Assembly: GCA_041737355.1 (NCBI GenBank)
Contig: JBGSRW010000003.1
Span: 5,332 to 69,331 of the forward strand
Direction: 5' to 3'
From: Patescibacteria group bacterium
Lineage (GTDB): Bacteria > Patescibacteriota > Patescibacteriia > XYB2-FULL-38-15
Length of the DNA stretch: 64,000 bases
Shown here: positions 56,600-64,000 of the stretch, in pieces
Position numbering within the stretch: the stretch's first letter is position 1
Layout of the letters: every line of letters starts with the position of its first letter
Program-made: the position numbers and the translations under genes
The notes under the pieces: generated by a model
What the model was told of the DNA's origin: nothing
What the model saw: the letters and a program-made list of their open reading frames with translations, nothing else
Database searches by the model: none

Positions 56600-56635
56600 A
56601 TTTTTTCCTCCCTTTTAATTCTAAGGACTTACCTT

Positions 56636-56664
56636 TATTTTATCACAAAACATTGATTGCGGCA
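56636..56664 (-). promoter_or_regulatory. Putative sigma70 promoter of the TPR / 582-aa / 721-aa unit
   Basis: Reverse complement TTGCCG-N17-TAAAAT directly after the upstream terminator. Confidence 0.55.
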
Positions 56665-56669
56665 AAATC

Positions 56670-56702
56670 AAAACAGGGAGCCGGAGAGGCTCCCTGTTTT
56701 TT
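56670..56702 (-). terminator. Strong terminator of the 1188-aa gene
   Basis: AAAACAGGGAGCC / GGCTCCCTGTTTT perfect inverted repeat. Confidence 0.88.
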
Positions 56703-56722
56703 CTATTTCAACGAATAACCGA

Positions 56723-59700
56723 CTAGTAGCTCATGGCTCCGCCATTGACTGGCAGGTTCTTGGTCGTGGTCAAATCAACAGTGGCGAGAGAGCTGTCTGC
56801 CCAAATCACACCTGAAACGTTCCAGGTTCCTCCAGCAAGTGTGTACTGAAGAGTGTTCGGGTTAACAGCGCCCGTTGTATCACCGTTTAACTTGACAACC
56901 AAGGTTGAACCAGCGCCAATCTGCAAAGTGTTGGCGAAAGTGCCCATGGTAGTCGTATTCAAAGGACCGGATAACCAGTTACCGGCGCCTATGAAATCCC
57001 AGTAAGTAACGGTAGCGGCGTCATTGCACCACTTCGCGTTAGCAGGACCAGCTACAACAGCTGTGCCTGACTTCTGGTTTTCGAGTTCAATAATCGTGAT
57101 GTCATCACCGGTTGCCACAAAGTTCAGTTTCAAGACGTCTTTGCCAATGCCGGCTGTCTGAGTGCCAGACGGTGAGCCGGAATTTAAGCTGACAGTCAAG
57201 ATACCTTTGTGGATGGTGTAGGCATTTGAACCCCAGACGTTTCCAGCGCCAGTACCGAGGTCATCAATATTGGCCTGCGGAATGGTTACACCAGAGGATT
57301 GGCCATTGGCAATAATACTGTAGTTGCCAGCGCCGCCCCATTGTGTCCCGTCGCCGCTGGAATCGCCGATGCCAAAGTAGAATTCATCGGTACCGATCGT
57401 AACCGTACCGCTGCTGTCGGCGTCAGGGTTAACCTGGTCTTTCGGCGAAACATCAATTCTGAATTCAACATTCTTATAGCCATCCTTCGGGATGACCAAA
57501 GTGCCGGAATTCAAAACGATGTTACCCATACCGGTTGTCGGATTAAGAGTATAACCAGCCGTGTTGCCGGTCAAAACGCCGTCAACATAGAGGTAAACTC
57601 TGCCGACATTACCAATGTGGCCAGGATAAGCGACTTGAATGCCAACGAAGAACGGGATGGTTGTCACGTCAACCGGTTCCCATGTCGCGGAGAACTTGTA
57701 CTTCATCACCGAATTGTTGGTTGAAGAAGAAACAAGCTGAGCCGCAACCGGAAGATCGGCCGCTTTCGCGACAGTCAGTCTGCCGTTCGCTTGTAAGGTC
57801 TGGGCTTGGCCAGCTCCGGCAAAAAGCAACGCGGCATTGTTGCCGGTGTCTTTGCCAGTTGCTACCACGCCAGCCGCGGCAACATTGTATGTGTGAGTTT
57901 CACCGCCAGCAATCAAGGTGCCATCAACATCAGCTTTTAAAGTCAAGCGTGATGTGGCAGTCTTGGAAACAATAATCGGAGTCTGGAAGGTGAAGGTAAC
58001 AGTCGCGCCGTTAGTCGCGGTTGAGTTCGATGTGGTCAAACGGATATTTTCGGCTGTCGCATCTGTGTTGTCAGGATCGCCCCAGAGTTCAAGGTTTATG
58101 AGCTCAGGGAGTGTTGCGCCGCCACCAATGGTGTCGGTCACAATAACCTGTGAAACGCGGATGTTCTCGCCGCCGCCTGATGCGTCAAGATCAATATAGG
58201 CAAAGGCCTGATCCTGTGCATTGGCAACGATTGTTCCGGCAATCGGAGTCGCGGCTGTTGTTACGTTCAAGGCCGGACCCTGGAGGGTCTGGACATTTCC
58301 GAGTATGCCTGTCGCCGGAGGAACAAGCGGACCGGCTGAAGTGGTCCAAGTGGTCTTACCGGAATTGGCGCCTTTGGCCGTAATTTGGCCAGCCGCCATA
58401 TCGAGGCGGACTGTATCCAAAGCTACGCCCGTTGAGGAAACATCAACTTTTACCCAAACCGTGGTTGTACCGACCGGTAAGGTGTAGGAATCAGTGAAGG
58501 TGATTGTGTCGGTTCCAATAATATCAAGGATTGTCGCATCTCTATTTTTTGGTCCGGCTAAAACCGTACCATCAGCTTTATAGAGAGTCCAGTTGGTGAA
58601 TTTACCAACCGTTGCGCCAGTCGTGGTGTAGTTCATCACGGTTCTCGTGACGTTGACCGGTTCGCCGGCAACAACATAATCAAAGGCCATTACAGGAACC
58701 GCTGAAGCGCCAACGCCGATTTTACCGGTGGCTGGAGCTGAGGGGCTCTTTGAAACTGTTAAATAGCCCTGATTGATATCCTGTCTCGGACAGGTGAAAT
58801 CAGTGAAAGCCGCGACGCAGAAGTTGTTGAGGCCAGCCGGAGTGATGCCGAAGTTATAAGTGGCACCCTTAATCATCATGGTGAAAGCTGTGCCGTCATG
58901 GACATCAAAACCGAGATCTCTGCCTGAACCGCCGGCTACGTCAGCCTTAACTGAAAGGAGGACGTTGCCGCCTTTGGCAATCTGGATGTTCAAATTGGAG
59001 AAAACGACCCGGCCGTTTCCGTCCAAAGTGGTAGCAGTGCCAAGGACCGCTCCGGAGGTATCGTTATAAAGAACAATGTTCTTTATATCGGTGTTGGCGG
59101 CTGTGCCGTTCTTCAAGACCGTTAACTGGTCAAGAACGACTGGCTCGACCGCTCCGGCAGTAATTTTAACCTGCGAGAAGCGATAGCCGACAGCGTCAGC
59201 ATCAACATTGCCGCCATGGGTCGGATTTAACGGACCGGCGGTTACTGTTGCTGTGCCGATATTGGTGTTAACCAAACTCATGACATTGCCGTTCACCGGG
59301 AAGGTGCCGCCGACAACGGCGGTTGTGGTAACATCAGCCGAGTTGGCAATACCTAAGATGTGTTGATCGAAGGTTACTGGAAGGACAACGATGTCAGCCG
59401 CGATGACAACCTTCTGGGTTGCACCAGCCGCGATGACAATCGGGTTTGAGGACAAAGAAAAAGTTGCTTGATGCAACGATCCTAAGCTCTGCGAAGTGCC
59501 TCTTTGTATGCCGTCAACAAATAATTTGACAGCGGCAATGTTGGCATCCGCGCCTAAACCAGATCTTGTAACTTTAAGACCTGTAACGGTTGCTCCAGCC
59601 GGACCTGCAGTCAAGTTCAGATAAGTGAAATGAACATTGGCCGCGTTGTTCGGGATTGAAGCTGACATCGGAGTGTCTGAAGCCAAGGAAATGGTTACTC

Positions 59701-60289
59701 CACCGCCCGCGCCAGTCAAACCTTTGTCTTCGTTGATTGTGGCAACAGCTAATTGAGTCGCCAAACTATAATCTGAAGCATTGTTGATTTCTGTACCGAT
59801 CGTGTAGTTGGTCAGAAGTGATTCCGGAACAGCGACAATCTGACCTTCCCAGGCCGCGCCCCAAATTGAAGTGGCGAGTGCAGCGGTTTTAACCCAGTGC
59901 AAAACGCCGCCTTTTGAAACGGCATAAACCTTAGGATCCATTACTGCCCATGGTGTATCCATGCTAACAACCTGGAGTAATTTACCAGGATGAACGGTCA
60001 CATTGCCTCCGAAAGGAATAGCAACGAGATCCGCATCGGTCATGGTCTGAACTGTTCCAAAGCCTGTATACCATGAAGTATACGCAGCTTGGTACGGGAA
60101 GACATATCTTTTCGCATCAGAGCCGTAGTAATAGACGGCTGTGCCAGTCCCCTTGATCAAATCACCAGATGTAGCGGCATTAGCAGCCAATGGCAAAGCC
60201 AAGGCGCCGATACCGATAGACCAGACGATCGTGGTCAGGACGACTGTGAAGGCAAAGACTTTCTTCCCCTTCTTAATCAAATCGTTCAT
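56723..60289 (-). CDS. Putative major S-layer/surface-array protein (1188 aa) with N-terminal shared domain
   Basis: Signal peptide ending ANA; shared domain SGDLIKGTGTAVYYYGSDAKRYVFP; then T/G/A/V/N-rich beta-sandwich repeats; structured 5' leader and a strong terminator. Confidence 0.78.
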   Translation of the reverse strand: MNDLIKKGKKVFAFTVVLTTIVWSIGIGALALPLAANAATSGDLIKGTGTAVYYYGSDAKRYVFPYQAAYTSWYTGFGTVQTMTDADLVAIPFGGNVTVHPGKLLQVVSMDTPWAVMDPKVYAVSKGGVLHWVKTAALATSIWGAAWEGQIVAVPESLLTNYTIGTEINNASDYSLATQLAVATINEDKGLTGAGGGVTISLASDTPMSASIPNNAANVHFTYLNLTAGPAGATVTGLKVTRSGLGADANIAAVKLFVDGIQRGTSQSLGSLHQATFSLSSNPIVIAAGATQKVVIAADIVVLPVTFDQHILGIANSADVTTTAVVGGTFPVNGNVMSLVNTNIGTATVTAGPLNPTHGGNVDADAVGYRFSQVKITAGAVEPVVLDQLTVLKNGTAANTDIKNIVLYNDTSGAVLGTATTLDGNGRVVFSNLNIQIAKGGNVLLSVKADVAGGSGRDLGFDVHDGTAFTMMIKGATYNFGITPAGLNNFCVAAFTDFTCPRQDINQGYLTVSKSPSAPATGKIGVGASAVPVMAFDYVVAGEPVNVTRTVMNYTTTGATVGKFTNWTLYKADGTVLAGPKNRDATILDIIGTDTITFTDSYTLPVGTTTVWVKVDVSSTGVALDTVRLDMAAGQITAKGANSGKTTWTTSAGPLVPPATGILGNVQTLQGPALNVTTAATPIAGTIVANAQDQAFAYIDLDASGGGENIRVSQVIVTDTIGGGATLPELINLELWGDPDNTDATAENIRLTTSNSTATNGATVTFTFQTPIIVSKTATSRLTLKADVDGTLIAGGETHTYNVAAAGVVATGKDTGNNAALLFAGAGQAQTLQANGRLTVAKAADLPVAAQLVSSSTNNSVMKYKFSATWEPVDVTTIPFFVGIQVAYPGHIGNVGRVYLYVDGVLTGNTAGYTLNPTTGMGNIVLNSGTLVIPKDGYKNVEFRIDVSPKDQVNPDADSSGTVTIGTDEFYFGIGDSSGDGTQWGGAGNYSIIANGQSSGVTIPQANIDDLGTGAGNVWGSNAYTIHKGILTVSLNSGSPSGTQTAGIGKDVLKLNFVATGDDITIIELENQKSGTAVVAGPANAKWCNDAATVTYWDFIGAGNWLSGPLNTTTMGTFANTLQIGAGSTLVVKLNGDTTGAVNPNTLQYTLAGGTWNVSGVIWADSSLATVDLTTTKNLPVNGGAMSY

Positions 60290-60477
60290 AATAAAATTTC
60301 TTTTTTCGCACGGACCAAACTAAGAATAAACTTGCGTTTGTTTCTTGGTTTTTAATCCGCGTTTAATTTTTATTAACGGCAGAGCCCCATTTTAAGGGTC
60401 GACCTTTTAGCCGCTGCCTTTTTTATAAATAACTTAAAAACTTTCCTGTTACGGTTTTATTAATTTCTTCGTACGGG

Positions 60478-61737
60478 TTACTCTTTCGTTTCTTCCTGCC
60501 GTAAATCAATGCCGACCTTCAGGGCGCTTTCGTCAATTTCCGGTTCTGCCGGAGGTGCCGGAGCAACAACTTTGATTACTGGTTTTATATACACTTTCGG
60601 CGTATTCGTATTTGTGTTTATTGCGCTATTGGTATCTGTATTTATTCCATCAATCGGACTGTTTGTCAAATCAGCATTAATATTTTGATTCGTACCGGAA
60701 TTAGTATCGCATCCTTCGCAGGAAACACTATCCTCGGTGGCCACCGTCGAAACCGCCTCTGTCGCAATTTGCTCGGCCTGCTTGGCCAGCTCTTTGCTTT
60801 CCATGGTTTTACTCAAAGCAATGGTCATGTCTTTCTGGTTCAACGCCTCTCTGGCTTGGGCTAAAACTTCCTTTACTCCTACGGTAGCTTGCCGGAGCTG
60901 CTCAATCTGCGGCGCGGATAAATTATCCATCTGACCTTCCACTTCGGCGACTTTAGCTTCCGTAGTTTCAATTTTTTGCTCCACTCTCTTCAAAACATCC
61001 TCTTCAGATTGAACAACTTCTCCCTGAACGTGTTTTTCCACAATTACCGCCAAAGCCTTATCGCTCGTTTCCTCTGCCAGATCAAGCCCTTTGCTAATTT
61101 TTTCGGCGGCCTCGCCGTCTACTGGCAAATCGGTTGTCGTCTGGGACAAAGTTTCTTTATATTCTTTAACCTTGCTGTCAACGATTTTTGCGACTTCAAC
61201 TGTGGCTTGCGGAGCAACCTCATTATTTAAATTATCCAGATTGTTCTGAACCGCGGCGATTTCCTGCTGGAACTTATCCATGGCCACATTAATTTTTTGA
61301 ATTTTGTTCTGCTGTGAGTCGGTATTTCCTTTAATTACCCTGACTTCGTTAATTCTTTTTCCTGCCAATTTAACATGCATCTTGGCCGCCTCTTTATCAT
61401 CAAAAGTAAAGGCAACCTGAACTTTCTCGGTGGCAATTTTCAGCGGATACAACCTGTCGCCCGGCAAGGCTAGCTGTGAGGCACTGACCGAAAAACCGCT
61501 GCCCAAAACCAGCCCGAAAATAGCAACCAAGGTCATAACCGGACGAACGGCCAATCTCATAACTTTCCATGGGAATAAAATGCTGGAAATTTCCGAAGCC
61601 CACGTTTCATTCTGTTGTTTACCGGCCAGATTATTTTTTATTTCTGACATCAAAAAATCCCGGTTGGCTTCTTTCCATTCGGCCCTCGGAGCTATTTCTT
61701 TAAGGCTCTTCAATTGTTTTATTATATTAACCGACAT
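60478..61737 (-). CDS. DUF5667-domain membrane protein, putative anti-sigma factor
   Basis: Short cytoplasmic N-terminus, TM, ALPGDRLYPLKIATEKVQ motif, coiled coil and N/T-rich tail; starts 4 nt after the ECF sigma gene. Confidence 0.78.
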   Translation of the reverse strand: MSVNIIKQLKSLKEIAPRAEWKEANRDFLMSEIKNNLAGKQQNETWASEISSILFPWKVMRLAVRPVMTLVAIFGLVLGSGFSVSASQLALPGDRLYPLKIATEKVQVAFTFDDKEAAKMHVKLAGKRINEVRVIKGNTDSQQNKIQKINVAMDKFQQEIAAVQNNLDNLNNEVAPQATVEVAKIVDSKVKEYKETLSQTTTDLPVDGEAAEKISKGLDLAEETSDKALAVIVEKHVQGEVVQSEEDVLKRVEQKIETTEAKVAEVEGQMDNLSAPQIEQLRQATVGVKEVLAQAREALNQKDMTIALSKTMESKELAKQAEQIATEAVSTVATEDSVSCEGCDTNSGTNQNINADLTNSPIDGINTDTNSAINTNTNTPKVYIKPVIKVVAPAPPAEPEIDESALKVGIDLRQEETKE

Positions 61738-61741
61738 AATT

Positions 61742-62323
61742 TTATTTAACTTTCCCGGGCATCTTATCTTTCAATGAATTTACCGCCCGATGAAGAAGAA
61801 CTCTAATCGACCCCTCCGGTTTTCCTAAAATTTCGGCTACTTCCTTTATTTCCATCTCCTCCACAAAACGCAACATAATTACTTCTCGGTACTCTCCTTT
61901 TATTTTTTGTAAAGCTTTTTTTACCGCCTCGAAGTCCGAACTCAATTCTATTTTTTCCGCCAGGTCTTGTTTCGGGTCGGCTATATCAACTTTTAATTGC
62001 TCATCGTCTCCGCCCGGTTCGTCCAGCGATTCCTCTCTCAAACCCTTGGTCCGGTAAAAATCTATAACCGTATTACGCGCCGTCTGGTAAAGAAAGGCCC
62101 TTAGATTATCGATCGCTTTGGAGTCTTTCTCGTTTATATACTGCCAGGTTTTCAAAAAAACTTCTCCGGTCAGGTCTTCAGCTTCTTCCTTGCTTGAAAC
62201 TTTAAAATAGATAAACCGATAAATTTCATCAACGTAAATATCATAAAGTTTGCCGTAGACGTCCGGGTCGCGGGTTGTTCGTAGCTTCAGGAATAAATAT
62301 TGTTCTTTCAAGCTTCTACTCAT
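61742..62323 (-). CDS. ECF-family RNA polymerase sigma factor
   Basis: Region 2 IYRFIYFKV..KEEAEDLTGEVFLKTW, FLYQTARNTVIDFYR; region 4 YREVIMLRFVEEM..KEVAEILGKPEGSIRVLLHRA. Confidence 0.95.
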   Translation of the reverse strand: MSRSLKEQYLFLKLRTTRDPDVYGKLYDIYVDEIYRFIYFKVSSKEEAEDLTGEVFLKTWQYINEKDSKAIDNLRAFLYQTARNTVIDFYRTKGLREESLDEPGGDDEQLKVDIADPKQDLAEKIELSSDFEAVKKALQKIKGEYREVIMLRFVEEMEIKEVAEILGKPEGSIRVLLHRAVNSLKDKMPGKVK

Positions 62324-62356
62324 TGAGACGATTTTTTAGCTTTTTGTTACACCCAT

Positions 62357-62385
62357 AGTATAGAGAAAAACCGCTAAAATTACAA
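62357..62385 (-). promoter_or_regulatory. Sigma70 promoter of the ECF sigma gene
   Basis: Reverse complement TTGTAA-N17-TATACT. Confidence 0.6.
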
Positions 62386-62437
62386 ATAATCCGGCTGTCG
62401 GACATGTTTAGTTTCTTACTTTTTCTTAGATTTTGAT

Positions 62438-62574
62438 GTTAACAATATTATATACACAACGTTAACAATAATATCCAATTATTTATCCACACCCCGCTCT
62501 TTACAAATAAAACTGATGGTTTATACTATAAATGTGAACATTATCATAAACATACTATTAACGATATTATATAC
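62438..62574 (+). repeat. Direct repeats (TTAACAATATTATATAC-like) plus a DnaA box in the divergent intergenic region
   Basis: 62439-62455 TTAACAATATTATATAC vs 62558-62574 TTAACGATATTATATAC (16/17 identical); partial copy GTTAACAATA at 62461; TTATCCACA at 62483-62491. Confidence 0.65.
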
Positions 62575-62660
62575 TTTATCCCGGAATAAACAGCTTACTT
62601 TAATATAAGAAAAAGGTCAAAAAATAATCAATTTAATTAATAAACTAATTATTCAAAAAT

Positions 62661-62936
62661 ATGGCAAACCAAACCCTAATCCGCGTTTCCGTGTCCGAAG
62701 CCGCTCGCCTCTTCGGGGTCAATCCTCTGACAATCCGGCGGGCCCTGAAAGACCAGGATCTCCGTTATGTCGTTGTCCGAGGCAGATACAAAATAGATTT
62801 TTCAAGCTTGATAAAATGGTCGCAGCAACGTCCGCTTGTAAAATATAAAACCGAAACCAAGGGCCTGGGGCAATATGTTGAAAAGTGGCGGATCAAAAAC
62901 ACTCTCTACTCCCCCAACCCGAAAACCGCCGAATAA
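62661..62936 (+). CDS. Small helix-turn-helix protein (HTH_17 / Xis / BldC-like)
   Basis: VSVSEAARLFGVNPLTIRRALKDQDL.....GRYKI....L..W. Confidence 0.82.
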   Translation: MANQTLIRVSVSEAARLFGVNPLTIRRALKDQDLRYVVVRGRYKIDFSSLIKWSQQRPLVKYKTETKGLGQYVEKWRIKNTLYSPNPKTAE

Positions 62937-62955
62937 CTTTAATACACCAGCATAC

Positions 62956-62989
62956 AAAAAGACCGGGAGATTAGCCTCCCGGTCTTTTT
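62956..62989. terminator. Bidirectional terminator
   Basis: AAAAAGACCGGGAG / CTCCCGGTCTTTTT. Confidence 0.88.
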
Positions 62990-62997
62990 AATATTAT

Positions 62998-64000
62998 TTA
63001 TCCAGCGCAGTAGAGCTGTCTGACTTGAATAGCAATTTTTTCCCAATTGTATTGTTCTTCCACGAACTTTTTAGCCGTCAGGCCCTGCACAACAAGATCT
63101 TTTTTGGTAACTAACGCCTCTATCTGATTTGTCAGATCATCAATGTCTTTATTTCTAAAGTGCATTCCGAAATCTTTGACCAATTCCATATTTTCCGGAA
63201 TATCGGAGGCTAAAACAACTTTGCCGTAACTCATCGCCTCAAGAACGGCGATCGGCAAACCTTCCGATTCCGAAGGATGGACAACCGCCAAACAATTCAA
63301 AAATAAATCTTCCAAAGGTTTTCCCGACTGGAAACCGGTAAAAACTATATCTTTATTTTCTTTGGCAAAATCCTTAAGCGACTTGACATAATCATCGGTA
63401 AAAGAAGAGTCGCCGGCAAAAACCAGCTTCAATCCGCCAAAATCATGATTGCGCTCTTTTAAATTTTGGAAAGCGCTGACAAGATAGTGGGCGCCCTTAT
63501 GCCTGACGAGCCGGGACACCATCAAAATGTATTTTTCTTTTTCCAAATTAAACTTACGCAAAATTTCGGAATCAAAATATTCGGCCGCGCAGCGAACCGG
63601 TACTCCGTTCGGGATATAAGAGGTTTCTTTATCGTAGGCCTCCGCACAATACTGGTGCAGAGTTTTAGACACGGTAATAGTTTTGTGGGCAAAACGGCAA
63701 GCCGCCCATTCTCCCGCCCGAAGCATTATCTTGGCAACCGCTCCCCATTTCTGATGCTTCCGGTCAATACAATGAAAAGTCGTCACAATTTTAATTTTTG
63801 GACAAAAAATTCTCGGTAAAAAAGAAAGCAGAGACGGCCCGACGCCATGATAATGGATAACATCGTATTTTCCGAACATGGCATGAACAGTAGCTAAAAA
63901 AGTATGAGAAATCGCATCCAGGTGTTTTGTTTTGAGAGACGGCAGAAATACCAATTTTACCCCTTTGTATTTTTTTGATTCCCTGCTGTCTTTATCTCCG
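62998..64000 (-). CDS. Glycosyltransferase family 4 (5' end outside the window); paralog of 10408-11565
   Basis: Frame stays open to the window end; IHYHGVGPS, HKG, PSESEGLPIAVLEAMSYG. Confidence 0.9.
   Translation of the reverse strand, partial: GDKDSRESKKYKGVKLVFLPSLKTKHLDAISHTFLATVHAMFGKYDVIHYHGVGPSLLSFLPRIFCPKIKIVTTFHCIDRKHQKWGAVAKIMLRAGEWAACRFAHKTITVSKTLHQYCAEAYDKETSYIPNGVPVRCAAEYFDSEILRKFNLEKEKYILMVSRLVRHKGAHYLVSAFQNLKERNHDFGGLKLVFAGDSSFTDDYVKSLKDFAKENKDIVFTGFQSGKPLEDLFLNCLAVVHPSESEGLPIAVLEAMSYGKVVLASDIPENMELVKDFGMHFRNKDIDDLTNQIEALVTKKDLVVQGLTAKKFVEEQYNWEKIAIQVRQLYCAG

Noticed and set aside
54232-60170. Diversity-generating retroelement template/variable repeat pair
   Set aside because: Differences are mostly third-position and involve all bases rather than adenines only; both copies are coding; no reverse transcriptase in the window.
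62400-62660. Replication origin (oriC)
   Set aside because: Only one perfect DnaA box, no dnaA/dnaN nearby, and gene orientation does not switch. Whole-genome GC skew would be needed to exclude it fully.
1-64000. Alternative genetic code (TGA = Gly, as in Gracilibacteria/Absconditabacteria)
   Set aside because: Conserved genes are full-length under code 11, and murA ends in TGA at the expected position.

Overview
This window looks like chromosome from a Patescibacteria (CPR, probably Parcubacteria) organism. That assignment is inferred from gene content and compact AT-rich intergenic regions; TGA is used as a stop, so the standard code applies. Nearly all genes are on the minus strand. Positions 1-25 kb are mostly housekeeping: four tRNAs (Gln, Gly, Thr, Lys), ftsEX, a PrsA-type foldase, murE/murD/murG/ftsW/mraY/murA, a minimal Fe-S trio (IscS, Nfu, IscU), rpmA, pyrG, rplI and an S41 protease. 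This part also holds a TRAX/translin-like nuclease next to a Nudix hydrolase, and a GC-rich diguanylate cyclase cassette after tRNA-Lys. Positions 25-42 kb are a glycan locus: an interrupted rml operon, UDP-GlcA decarboxylase, GT2/GT4 enzymes, a DPM-synthase-like GT with DUF2304, and two head-to-head GT-C-like membrane proteins. Positions 42-62 kb hold an S8 protease with FG-GAP repeats and five secreted surface proteins that share one unnamed ~140-150 aa domain (N-terminal in two, C-terminal in three). An ECF sigma and DUF5667 anti-sigma pair lies upstream of them. My best candidate for an undescribed system is this modular surface-layer locus, in which accessory proteins carry copies of the major protein's N-terminal domain, next to glycosylation and protease genes. 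No CRISPR array, transposase, integrase or reverse transcriptase was seen. All family calls come from motif recognition by eye; no searches were run.
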